DNA of 64,000 nucleotides from assembly GCF_009914755.1 (NCBI RefSeq), contig NC_060937.1, one strand, 5' to 3'. The notes under the pieces are model-generated. The model searched no databases. It was not told where the DNA came from and was given only the letters and a program-made list of their open reading frames with translations. Position 1 is the stretch's first letter; each line of letters begins with the position of its first letter. Shown here piece after piece: positions 1-15,100 of this stretch. The translations under genes and the position numbers were made by a program. This stretch comes from the human T2T-CHM13v2.0 reference genome, Homo sapiens.

Positions 1-189
1 ATGCCTGCTAGGGTTGGTTTCATGCCCCTTTCAGCTGACGCACTCATGATCCACAGGCTGAAGGAGGCAAGGGTTGTGAGCCCCAGGTGCCAGCTCTGCC
101 CAAGGACCGAATCCCGGCTCCCTTCCTGCGTTACCCCACCTTCTTCCAAGCGGCCCCACCCTCAACTGTGGAATTTAATTCTCCCAGAA

Positions 190-495
<306 letters not shown>

Positions 496-3400
496 TCAGA
501 GCCAAAGCAAGCAAAATGAGGGTCCTCCACTGAGTGATTCTCCTGCACCCTCCTTAGCTGTCCACCAACACTGCCTCCAGTTGTCCCAAGCCTGAAATGC
601 ACTTGAGAACACGTCCTCAAATCCAGTGGAAAAGTCTACATTATTTTGGGAGAACAGAGCATCAGACAGAGCTCCCAACCCCACCGCTTCCTGTCCTTTG
701 CCTTGAGGACCTCCCTCAGGGTAGGGGGGCCTGTGGGCCAGGAGTGGGCAGCCCAGCCCCTTCGATTTCACAACTGCCTGGTTTCCTCTCTGGTGGAAAT
801 GCACAGGTGGTGACAAAACTGGATGAATTTCATCTTCTTTACTCGTTTTAGAGCTGTGAGTTCGAGTCAGTTACGGTGTGTGACTTACTAACCCATGTTT
901 GCATCTGTGTGCTTCTGATCTTCACACACGCTGAGCACATTAGGGGCGCCTTCCTGTGGACCGGGCCCCACACTGGCAATGGGGCAGGCGCACAGTTCCT
1001 CCAAAGAACCTCACAGCTGTGCCTTGTCCTCTGAGAAAAGGTGTCAGCCAGTTCCACTGGACAGCCGGCACTGTCAGAAATCCTACCTTAGCAGCTGGAC
1101 CAAGGTCTCACCGGAGAAGATGTGTCAATTCAATTTCAAGGTCCTTTTATACAATTTAATCAAAGGTCATCATTAGAAAAAAAAATCATGATTAAGAAAC
1201 GAATAAAATTCAAGTCATACTGTTACCTCTGTTTTAAACAAAACAATGTTTCTTTACATATAAATTTTTATTTCAAAACATTTGATCCCAGGAAAGTCTT
1301 TCACAATAAGTGAGTTTTTAGCAGACCAGGAGAGTCATCAGTGGATAAGAGTTCTGGGGTGAAGGTTTTCACAAAGTGCCCTAGATTGTTGATGATATTT
1401 TAATCATCTATCCTTGGAATACAATGGACATAAAATCAAGAAGTGTACTGAACCTTGAATGAAACAGCAGAATGAACTCTGAGTCCCAGAAAACACCTAA
1501 GAACTAAGAATGCGTTTTTAATGCTCATGAAAAACAAATGGCAATATAGAATGTGGGACTAAAGAATGGTTACTTGAAGCCAGAAGTGGGTGTTCTGCAG
1601 GTGAAACCCAAGCGCGGCCCCTCCCCAAGGCTCCTTTCTGTGTTGTGAGTGCCCCACTCCCCAGGGACAGCACTTTGTTTTCTTTCAGCTTTTCTGACAT
1701 CATATGATGCAACCTGATGCAAAGCAAAGCGATAGGCATCTTGTCACAGGAGAAATTCACAGAGAGGAGGGGGGCACGCTGCAGCTGGTGCGGAAATTCT
1801 CAAGAGAGGCCTGGGAGTGGAGCTGAGCCGTTGCAGAGGAAGGTGGAGAACCTCTTGAGAAGTTCATGGACACATAGCGTGGTTCAGAAGAAAAGTCAGG
1901 TTCCAGTGATTGAAGAAAAAAGCGAGACATTATTGCAGGCAAGGATCTCCATGTTGGGATACAAAGGCAATGCTGATTTCAGGATATCTGTGTACGTCTG
2001 TGTGTCATGGGAAGGGAGGCTGCAGTTGGACACGAATAGAACATCTGCTCAGGACGAGGACACGTGGGATCACATCCTCAGAGCCCCGTCGTGTTCAGAG
2101 CCCTTCTCTAGGCTGGAGGCAGTGAGGACAGGATGGGAGTGTCTCCTCCCTTCCCTGTTTCCCAGGGAGCATGGCCAGCTTGGTGACTGTCACAGCAGGT
2201 GAGCAGCAAACTCCCAGGCCAGCAGGGAGGGGCGACTGTGAGCAGAATGACAGCCACATGGTAGGTGTGTACTTTAGAGCAGGGGCCTCTCCTCGAGGTT
2301 ACCCCAGCTCATGCCCCAGCAGATAGCTTGGTGGGAGTGCTGTGCCTGACCCTCCCATAACCTACGGAGCCCAGGTGGGGAGAGTCACTCTCCAGATCTT
2401 ACATAAAAGATGTAGCACCTCACACACTGCTGTTACAGAGCAGATAATAAATATTCATGATATGCAACTGAATAGTTATTTAAAATGTTTATCTATGGAT
2501 GAATGAATGAACTGAACAAAGAGCAAAATATACAGACAAGTAAGGTGTCACAAAGCTGGCTCTGAGTAACCAGCCTGTTATCAAATTCATTTGTACAGTA
2601 ATAAAAGAAAACATATCCCACCAGCCATGTGCCAGGCACTGACATGGGAGCTTCACACATATGAAGGCGCAGAGCAATCGGCACAATCCTCTGCTTCATG
2701 GAAGAGGAAACAAAAGCCCCAAGAGGCTGGGCCGGGAGCCTGAGGCCCAGCGGGGCCAGCTTCGGGCCACCTCACTGTGTTTCAAGGCCCGCCGTCCATC
2801 ACTGCGGCTGTCACAATCCCTGTCTTTTCTTGGTTGTCATATTTGCTTCTCACCTCATCATGTCTATTTTCCATGTGGTTCAAGCTTTTAGGTTACATGG
2901 CTAATAGGTTAACCCAAATAAACCACATTATGGCTTGTTTATTGCTCTCTGTACAGCACTACTAAGACGGGTGTTAAACCCAACTTCCTCCTCGTGAAAG
3001 AACACCTAAGCCTGGAAACTTCCCACTTCGCTGTTCATTATAAGGTTCGAAAAACACAAACTCCATGACAGTGCTTCAGAGGTGCTTTCCAGCAGCTCTA
3101 GGCACAAGGAGTACTATCATTTGAGGTTTTCAGGATTTTATGTTAGATGAAGCAGAGTTAGTAAAATAATTTTAAATTTTCTTCTAAAGAACTATCAAGA
3201 TTGTAAGGACATTCAAAAACAAATTTTATGTACATAGTACTAATAACATCCACGTATTTCCAAACATCTAAATACTTGAAATTGTATGTAATCAGCAAGT
3301 ATCATAGTATACCTTTATCATGACTGATAAAACCTTTGGAAGCTGAGTAAGTAATTTTCAAAAATTATTAGTTCCTGAAAGACCCTGAAATCTGTTTCAT

Positions 3401-3867
3401 AAATTGGAAATGAAATCTAGCTATTAATTCAAGATCCTCTAGATAAATCATACCCTGGGCACCTTGAAAGAATCAAAGATTTTCAGTACTTTTTTCCACA
3501 TACTCAAGGTATAATATTATAAGACAAGAAAGGAGATAGACTGAGGCTTCCATTTATCTACTACTCATTAATCATTTATTGAGCATCTACACTGGGTCAG
3601 ATATTATGTTAGGTATTGTGGATACAAAGATGAATGAAGCAAACTTCCTGTCCACAACTCATTGTAACTAGAGAGAATAATTTTAGCAGGGGAGAAGTAG
3701 AATTGTAAGTTGGGAAGGCAGATTTGAACAACAGTGTGGTAAATCTCAAATATTAGACTAAAGGTTTTATCCTGTAATTATTGGAGAATAGGGAATTATT
3801 TGGAAAATAAAATTAACATAAAAGAAATAATTAAAAACATACTACCAGCGCCGGAAGTAGCTTTAGA

Positions 3868-4346
3868 GCAGGGGTCCGCGAGCTCCAGGGCATGGACTGG
3901 TACCAGGTCCATGGCCTGTTAGGAACTGGCTGCACCGCAGAAGATGAGCCACAAGCCACGGGGAGCATTACCACCTAAGCTCCGCCTCCTGTCAGATCAG
4001 CACTTGCATTAGATTCAGGAACATTGGAGCACAAACACTATTGTGACCTGTGCATGCGAGGGATCTAGGTTGTGCACTCCTTATGAGAATCTAATGCCTG
4101 ATGATCTGTCACTGTCTCCCATCATCCCCAGATGGGACTGTCTAGTTGCAGGAAAACAAGCTCAGGGCTCCCACTGATTCTACATTATGGTGACTTGTAT
4201 AATTATGTCATTATATATTACGATATAATAATAATAAAAATAAAGCACGCACTTGAATCATCCCAAAACCATCTCCCCACCCCCAGTGGTCTGTGGAACA
4301 GTTGTCTTCCATGAAACCAGTCCCTGGTGCCAAAAAGGTTAGGGAC
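3868..4346 (+). mobile_element. MER1A-like hAT-Charlie DNA transposon
   Basis: caggggtcc... start, gatctaggttgtgcactccttatgagaatctaatgcctgatgatctg core and tgaaaccagtccctggtgccaaaaagg end, typical of MER1. Confidence 0.8.
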
Positions 4347-4852
4347 AGAATATCCAGCCTCTACTCTCATCCCCTCTGGACTGGAGCCACTTTATATCTA
4401 GAAAGGCGATTTATTTGTTTTGTTCTCTGCAGTGCCTGGTAGAAAGTAATCCACTCAATATATGTTTAATAAATAAATGAAAGAAACAGGAAAGTATAAA
4501 CCCAAGTAACTGATTTAATGACTTGCCTGAGGTCACCCTGAAGTGGCCAAACCCCAGGTTCCCTGTTCAGCTATGACCAGAGCCCATTCTTCATTCATTG
4601 TTAAACATAAACTAGATGTTTTATCCACACAGAGATAGCTATCTAGAGATATGAACTTCCAGAAAGTTGACCGTATTTTTTGTTTACATGTGGATATCTG
4701 ATATCTTGAAAATATACACATTTAGTCATTAAGTTTAAAATTAAAATATAGGCCTAAAATTTTTTGGAGCCATACTTCCAATAATAATATTATATGGATG
4801 CACAAGCTATATTACATATTAGGAAAAACAATAAAGCCCCAAACCTACAGAT

Positions 4853-4853
4853 T

Positions 4854-4899
<46 letters not shown>
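4853..4899. repeat. (TC)n(CA)~18 microsatellite
   Basis: Direct reading. Confidence 0.97.
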
Positions 4900-4902
<3 letters not shown>

Positions 4903-5901
4903 TCACCAAGATTGTTGATTCTCCAGTTTTCCAAACACTTTGTTTCTCTACTGTAGCTCTAGGTGAAACAAGACTGATCCTGAGTTTATAGCTGCTGAAG
5001 CTGGGTGATGACTCCATGGCTTCTCATTAGACCATGGCCTCTTCATCTGTATATTTTTCAATTGCCCATTAAAAAATGTTTTTAAATTGAGAGCCAAAAA
5101 AGAGTATCCATTAACAAATAAATGTATCATTCAGTTGGCTTATTTAGCAGCAGTCAGAAGAAAACTCCTTCTGAACTGAGCAGGTCAGGCATCTATATAG
5201 AATTGTTTCTTGGCAGATGGCTGAGCTGTCCAGGAGTACCAAATGTAGGCACCTGCCCAAGGTAACTTAGGAGGTTTTCCCCTTAGAAGGGAGAGAGAGA
5301 GAGGAGGATGGAGAACGTCTCTGCAATCCCTTATATCTTACTGCATAACTTTCTGCTGAATGGAGAGCTGCCTGCTTGTTTCAGGGAGAATGTCATTTTT
5401 TTATACCCAAAACTTAAAAAACAATATTGTTATGCAGAAAAGATTTAAAAAATTTCTAGAGTTGTAAGTGAAAACTAAATTACTAGGAATCATTCATCAA
5501 ATTTTACCAACTCTAGATTCTGATTTTATTTTTGTATGTGTGCCAAAATAGATGTTTACCCATGGGTACAGATCACAACCAATTTGCAAGAGCAAGTGGG
5601 AAGAAAGCTGACTACTCCTTCACCTCTGCTGCACTTCCTAAGTTTGACCATTGATATCTGAAGATAGAAGTCACATGTGCATGTGTGAATATAAAATATA
5701 CCTTCCTCAATTAAATATACAAGACAAAGCCACTTTAGGAAGCATATTCTCAGATTGTTGGCTGCAGTCTTTGACCAACCCAAATAAAGATTAGATAGTT
5801 GTAACTGTAAGAGCTGAAGAAACTGAAAACTGAGCATATTTCCTGAAATTGTGAGCATAGTTAAGTGTCTTCACTTTTTCAGAAAAACTGAAATGGGATG
5901 A

Positions 5902-6234
<333 letters not shown>

Positions 6235-7530
6235 CTGAACTATATACATTTCTATCTGCACATCTAATGTCTAGTATCCGCTGACCACAGAATAAACTCA
6301 ATAAATGTTTGCTTTTGAACATATAAATCATTGTTGTTATAACTCTAATTATATGAGAATAAATGGAAGATACTGGCATAATCTATATACATATTTACAT
6401 ATATAGGTATATGTCATCTATACATTGTTCATACAGATTTGAGCAGAAAACCTTAATGAGCGAACCCTGACACATGGTTGCTTCAGCTTTAAGTGTGTCC
6501 AAATGTCTAAGAAAATATGGAATAGAATTTGTAATAGGGTTTTAAGATCAATGCATAAAATATGTCACTATGTTTATGAAAGCATAGACCGCCTGAGCTG
6601 TAACAGGTACAGAGTTCTGGAAATATGAATTCTTCCTTTCACACACTATTAAGATGTCCTGCAGGAGTCGAATAGTTTTAATGTTTCTGTTCTGGATGAA
6701 ATAAGCCACATTTACGCAGCTACAATCTCTAGCTAACACAGATGAGTAATAAGTTTTAGGCCGAAATGATTGTGATGTGATGCTTTCAAGTGAGGAAGTG
6801 CCGTCCAGAGTCACTGGCTCTCAGAATTGGAGGGAAATTCATGCAGTGGGGAAGCTCACAGAGGATCTCGCTAAAGACTGAGTTAAATGGCCTGGAACTC
6901 AACTTACAAGCAGGTTAAAAAATAACAACCTTCCTTCCTTGTCTAGCTCCTTTAAGTGAAGTATTTTCTATCTTGGAGGCCTCTTTTGAAATGCAATACT
7001 CCTGAGAGTGGTCACACCTTAAGTTATCAGCTAACACTTTCCGAGGGATTAGCAGACAGCCGGCAGAGAAAAAGAAATGGGATTTAGGCAAAATGCCTGA
7101 GGGCTGGAGGGGAGACACTGCCTGGAGAAAGGTTAACTAGTCTGTTGATTTGCTGATAGACAAATTTCACGTACTCCAGAGCATTTGGTCTACAGTGGAG
7201 ACTCCCAAATTCTGGATTCTATAACACCACCAAAAAGACTACAATTTCCCAGATTATCTTGCAAGCAACTTAAGTCTGCATGGAATACAAACAAAATAAA
7301 CCCACTATTGGCCTTTGTATAATTGAAAATTATTAACTTTACTTAGAACATATTCAAATTATTTCTGAGGATTGTTTATATACATGAGATCAGACTTTTT
7401 AAATTATAAATGCATTTTAAGAAGGTAAAGGACACAGTAAAAATATAGCAAGTCTTAATAAGCCTACACAGTGAAAACTCATCAGATTCTTCTAGATTGC
7501 AACTAAGATACACTACAAAAAACCCCAGAT

Positions 7531-8600
<1,070 letters not shown>

Positions 8601-11246
8601 TATAGCTTATATAATAGAAAAAGAGAATTTCTCTTCAGTTTTAGGAATCTTTTTTTTCCCCAGGAGCCTATTTTTAATTGTTCTTACTACTCTGGGTATA
8701 GTATGTTACAGTCTTAGAGTATTTATGCTTTATCTTCAAATGTCAGCTTACACTGATCAATTTAGGGCAGAAGCCTGTTATAGTCCTTTCTTGGAACCAC
8801 ACCACATAGAAGAAATAATTTTTTTTTAACTTTTTTTTGTTTTATGCTTTTCTGATACTTTTTCCTACGGACTTCCTGGAGGCAACAAAGCTAAACAAGC
8901 TCTTCAAAGTTTAATCGACCTCTTCGGATCTATGACTGTATGGGTAGGCCCTAATGGACTTAAATATTATCAAAAGTTGCTGAGCACAGGCTTTGTAAGT
9001 GCACATTTCGTTAATATTGCCTCCACTTCTCCATTTATGATCATGGGGAACACACGCAGCACAGACAGAAGGTATCTCCCCACTCCATTTTTTTCATTGA
9101 TTTGTATCTTCTTTTGCCATGAAACTTTTCACTATCACCAATAACAAAGAGCCAGACAGAGATGAATTTACATTCATTACCTTACCTTATTTTTAACCTT
9201 AGGCAACCATAATCGTGAGCAAGTGAAGGGTCAAAGCTATTAGTATTCCTAAATGAATAGTAGATTTATTTTGAAAGTGATCATTAAGAGGAAATGTGCT
9301 TATTCCTTAGTGCTTTAATTTGGCAAACACATTTGAGTTTCTCTTGTGCCCCAGGTACCGTGCTAGGCTCTGGGTGTCAAAGGATAAGGACAAACACAGC
9401 TGTTGCCTCTCAAGATCTAGCATAAGGCAACAATTAGTAAACTGGGTCTAATTTGTGAAATAGCAGTATGTGAATTCTGTTGAAAAATACTGAACTCATG
9501 CCCAAAAGACTCGGTTTATCATCCCAGCGTTGACATTTACTAGTTATGTGACCTTGAACAAGTCACTGTGTCTCCCTCACCTCTAGGTTTTTCTCCCAAA
9601 AAGTGTGACATTTGACCACAACTAGATGATTCTTTTCTGTTCCAAAGCTGTATGATTCCCTGGTCATAGTCAAGCCCATCGATGGGGAAAACTAGAATAG
9701 AACTTATTGGATGGGTACCATGCATGCCATCATTTAACGTCGCCTTGTCCTCTGGGGGCCGTTATCCCACAGGACTCCATGGCTTCCTGCCTCTCTACCA
9801 TCTCCTCTCTCTGTGGAAGCAAGGGTCGGCTCACAGTTTGGAATCTCAATTGTTGAGAAAGTGTAATTGTTTACAAGGACAGACCAATGAGTAAAACCAG
9901 CCATATTTTCACACACACAAAAAGGGGCGATAGATCTCAACTTCTCATTATGGATAAAAATTTCAAAATATCAAGTCAGGTGAAGGACATGTACAGCGAG
10001 GACTGGTGTGACCTCAGGACTCAGCATTTATTTTACCTCATTAGTGTAAGAATGTCACAAGATTGACAGGAACAGCAATTCAATCAATCGGCTTCAATCA
10101 AGGCTACCAAAAATGAGAGCCAATCTCTTGCCATTAGATTTTGGGCTTCAAACAATTTTAGGAAGAAGTTCTATTCGCTAGCTGTATAAACACTAGAAAT
10201 TTATTGCCTGAAATCTTTGTATGAAAGATTATTCCCTGAAGTCTTTGTCTGAAAGTTTTGCGTGTAAGATTAGCAAATCTTTTTAAAAAGCAATAAATAT
10301 CAAACAATAAGAAAAAGGAAGTTGAGAAACTCAAAGACCACAGTTTAATCTGGAATGGATCCACTGGAAAAGTATATTGTTAACATGAGTTCATCTAAAC
10401 GTACACGCTAACTTGTAGCAACTGAGTTTCAAAGCCCCTCCCTCATTCTGCCCCCACTGGCAAACAATTTCTAGGTCTGCTAGGAGGAAAAGATCTTCAA
10501 TTGCCTCAGTGAGAGGATGGGGGCAGAAAGGAGCCTCAAATCTTCCATGTCCACATAAACCCTTAGTCATCTGTCACATGTGAAATCCCTGCTGTCAGCC
10601 CTGACCCACATGGCAGGAGCCAGGCTCATTCTGAAGCAACACTTGTTGCTGTTGCAAGGAGTGACCTGTTCATATAAAAGCCTACTTCACAGTGCCAGGC
10701 TAACTTTTGTTCAGGGACAAAATCCTCTGTTGCCAGAAACAACAACAGCATTTGCTCCTCAGGTCAACGTAATACCTCACTAATGAGATTACCTTCTTCA
10801 TTCTAACAGATTTTTCTGCTATGTGGAGACCAAGAATATGAGAATGCCTACTTAATTTAATGTCCTCTGAATATTATACTGATTTGAAAAAAAAAATACT
10901 GTTGTTTCAATGTTGCTGTTGACATTTGAGGCAGAGGGACAGTTTACAATGGGACACGCAGGACTCACATCCAGTGAGTAGGAAGGACTTTTTCAGCCTG
11001 GGGGAAAATAAGACAAAGTGATGGTTAAAGGTGATGGCTCCAGAGTCACAGGTGTGGGTTTGAACCCTGGGTTTCTCATCTACTAGCTGTCTGGTCTTGG
11101 ATAAGTTTCTTAATCTTTAAATCTTAGTAGTGCTGGTAATATGAAGGTTTGGGTGAGATTTAAGTAAGATTCTGCACTAAAAGCAATTTTCACCATACCT
11201 TGCACGTAGCGAAGGCCTACATTTCCATATATATATTATTCCTATT

Positions 11247-11632
11247 TGTATTACATTACCATGGCTGTCACAACAAAGTACCCCAGACTTGGTGGCTTAA
11301 ACAATAGAAATTGATTATCTCACGGTTCTGTGGGCCAGAAGTCCAAGATCCAGGTGGTGGCAGGGCTGGCTTCTTCTGACATCTGTGAGGGAGGCTCTGC
11401 TCCAGGCCTCTCCCTGGCTGTAGACGCCTATCTTCTCCCTGAGTCTCTCCACATCATCTTTACTCTATGCTTGTGTCTATGTGCAACTTTCCCCTTTCGC
11501 TAAGGACAGCAACCATAGTGGCCTTGATTACCTCTCTAAAGACCCTGTCCCCCAAATATAATCATATTATGTGATGCTGGGAGTTTCAAATTTCATCACA
11601 TAAATTTGGAGGAGACACAATTCAATCCATAC
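11247..11632 (-). mobile_element. MLT1 (B/C-like) MaLR LTR
   Basis: ggtggcttaaacaatagaaattgattatctcacggttctg...gacacaattcaatccata. Confidence 0.8.
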
Positions 11633-11746
11633 TGCTGTTGATATAGGTAATAATAACAACTATTATTAGTATCATGTTTAGAGCAGAGGTCATCCACTCC
11701 AGAAAACTGCATGTCTTTGAAATGGGAAATTCTTTCCTAGTGCCTC

Positions 11747-12115
11747 GAACGTAATAAATGACTTGAAGTGGGTAAGAAGAGGCTACAAGAATGAATGAGT
11801 GAGTGAGTGAACGTAATAAATGACTTGAAGTGGGTAAGAGGCTACAAGAATGAATGAGTGAGTGAGTGAGTGAATGTAATAAATGACTTGAAGTGGGTAA
11901 GAGGCTACAAGAATGAATGAGTGAGTGAGTGAGTGAATGTAATAAATGACTTGAAGTGGGTAAGAGGCTACAAGAATGAATGAGTGAGTGAGTGAGTGAA
12001 TGTAATAAATGACTTGAAGTGGGTAAGAGGCTACAAGAATGAATGAGTGAATGTAATAAATGACTTGAAGTGGGTAAGAGGCTACAAGAGTGAATGAGTG
12101 AATGAGTGAGTGAAT
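11747..12115. repeat. Minisatellite, ~63-bp unit x ~6 (gaaYgtaataaatgacttgaagtgggtaagaggctacaagaatgaat(gagt)n)
   Basis: Near-identical units that differ mainly in the number of internal GAGT tetramers. Confidence 0.95.
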
Positions 12116-15100
12116 GGTGGGCAGGATATGAGGAGCCTTAAGGATTTACCTCCAGCAGGGATGGGGCAAGTGACCAATGGAGCTCCAAGCATCTGCGGGA
12201 GGTAAACAGCAGATGTATAAAAGGAGCCTTCTCGAGAGCCTGCAGGTCTAAGACCACAGCGATAGGAGGACAGGACAAGAACCTCTGTTCCAGAAGGATT
12301 GGGACCAGGAAGAAAGCTGCAGAGAGGCAGGCTCGTGCTCACCTGCAGTCATGCCCATCTTGCCCACCTGCTGTCTGCGACTAGGCCAACTCCTAAACCT
12401 CTCTGAAGCTTAAGACCTGCCACAGTGGGCTGTGCCAGAGTTGGAGTGGAGACTCACTGAGATCATCTAGAAGAGGCACCTGCCTCAAAGCCTTCAGGTA
12501 ATACCCACACATAAACCTTAGGGTTTTTCCTACCTGCAATTCTGTGTTCTGGCCCCTTCACGATGACCCAGCCAGCCTAGGCATCAAGCCACGGAAAGTC
12601 CTAGAGGAAGTGGGACCTGGCTGAAGTGGGTATAAGCATGTAGAGACCAAAGCTGGCAGAAGATGACCCCGGCTATCCATCCCCATATTTTGGGAACTTC
12701 CTGGAGGAAGCCATCCTACGAGGTGCCCCAGAGGAAAGGAACCTATTTTTAATGAGGTTACATTGTAACTAAATTGATAGCAGGGAGGGAGAAACAGAAG
12801 CTTCTGAGGGAGTATAGGTGTGGTGGATATTTGATAATACTCTGAAATATTTTTGGTCTTATTTTATTTGCTTTTACTACAAGAAAAGAAAATCTGCTTT
12901 ATTTAGAAAGCCATTTAGAAGTCCTTACTGGCTAATAAATACATAATAAGTAAATATTTATTATACTTATTATAATATATATAATACTATATAATATATA
13001 AATACTATATAATATAGTAATATATATTAAGTAATATTGTGACTTCTTAGGAAAGTCACATTATACATTTATTAGCCAACTTAAACTCAAAAATGAGAAA
13101 TAAGAATGTCCTTTTATAAAATAAACAAGACACACAAAAAAATCTAACTCCAAATATCTAATTCAAGCTGCTGATTGAAAGTTGGATTGTAAGTGGCCCG
13201 TGGGCAACTTCTACTTCCTACTACAAAATATGTTGTTTTCCTTGCAAAAGAGTACTTGGAAATTCTTCCAGGCAACAGCAAATTCAGTAAGCAGATGAGG
13301 GACTCTGACTGATTAATATAAATGAGAGTCTAGAACAGCAGAACTCTGGAAAATGAGCAAGTAAAGAAGCCCTGAAAAAGAAAAAGCAATAAAGCTTGCC
13401 TGTTGATTCAGGAAAACAGCCTCCATTGTTCCTGAAACTTGATTCACAGTTGATGGTGAGTTATGGAAAGGGCAAAAGGACAAAATCCTTTTATAAATAT
13501 AGTTCTGTAGGGCATGGGAAGCAATCAAATGGTGCTGTGAGACTGAACACAAATCATGCTTTTTTCAAGGATAATTATTTTGAATCAACAACCTAAGTAT
13601 TTCCAGTGCACTTCTGCAAGACAAATATTTTCTTGGGATGAAAAAATAAATATGTTTTGCAAAGAAATCGAGACCATATCCAAAAAGGCTGAAAAGGGTG
13701 TGTGTATACACATATATACGCCTATATAAACACATCATATATGGTCTATGTACATACACCACGTGACACCATGTATCACATACATGCAACATATACCACA
13801 CAAGCTAGTAATAATTATTTGTACCAAATCTATTTCTTAAGACTGTAATACTGTGTTCACACAGTCACCATTTAGAGATATATTATCACAGTGTCAATCA
13901 CCAGGACTACAGACTATTCTTATAGCTTGCTGAAGTTTAGTTTTGTACTTAGAAATCAGAGCTGATCTCTCATACACAGCAGGAATTAAATATTTAACAG
14001 TTCTCCATAGAACTTCATAAAAAAAGAGTAAAGGAGACAGAAATTACTGCTTTTGTAGAAGAAGAAAATCAGTGCTTTGTGTAATATTTACAGGGACTGC
14101 TGATGGAGTCTCAAAGCAAGAATTGTTTTTTAGGGTAAAGAAGTGAATTGGCAATACCTGTGTTACTGGACAGTCCTTAACTCCTTGGTGGTATTCTGTT
14201 TAGGACCTTTGGTGAAGGGTCAGTCATGGGATTTTGAAGGGTGCATTGATCTCATCAGGAAACATTCTGCTGCCATTGTAACCCTTGCCCACTGTGATTT
14301 TCTCTAAAAGAGTGGAGACTTTTTAGAACACGGAATGACTCCAACAAGGGTCAGACTCTAACAACCAAACAACAACAATCAACAACTACTTCACAGTTCT
14401 CAGAGATCAGCCCTGCCACGGGAAACGCACAGTAAACCAAGAGCAGGGTTGACATTCTCTGTGAAATGGCATCAGGCATGACTCTGGAGCAATCTTACAG
14501 ATGGATAGCCTTGATCTCCTTCCACCAGTTGGCTAAAGGATTGAATTTTTTACTATCTGTAGGAGATAGTCTATGATCTTGTTCCAAATATCTGAATAAA
14601 CTTTAAGAACCACAGTGCAATCACTTGGACACGATCCCAGATCCATCCGTCCATTCATCCATCCACCCATCCATCCATCATTCACGATTGACTCAATATC
14701 CTGCTGGGAGCTGGGAAAAAAAGAGACATGAAGTATCCCTGCCTCTGAGCAGCTTTCAGTGCAGATGGTATGCCAGGGACAATATACAAGACAGAATAGA
14801 GTTCATTCAAGTATTCTATGTTTTGTTATTTAGTTTTCAAATATGAACCCTGGATGGAACCAGGCTTTGTTCCCCCAAGTTATCAGCTAAAGAGAAAGAG
14901 CTCAGCCAAGTGACAAGGTGTTGCCGCAGTGATAACTCAATTTTGTGGTTTTCAGAAATGCAGAAGAAAGAAGGTTGGAAAGAATGGGCTGGCACTCCCC
15001 GAAGAGTGGGGCTCAAAGTTCTGGTCTCAGCAGATCTTTGAGGGAGACGTAGGGTCTAGGCCGGCAAAACCAGAGAGAAGGATAGGCTTTTAGATGCTCA

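Noticed and set aside
1717-2202. 161-aa ATG ORF
   Set aside because: No homology that I recognise, no promoter or poly(A) support, and the purine-rich composition lowers stop frequency.
11747-12115. CRISPR-like array
   Set aside because: No unique spacers, no cas genes, and the context is eukaryotic.
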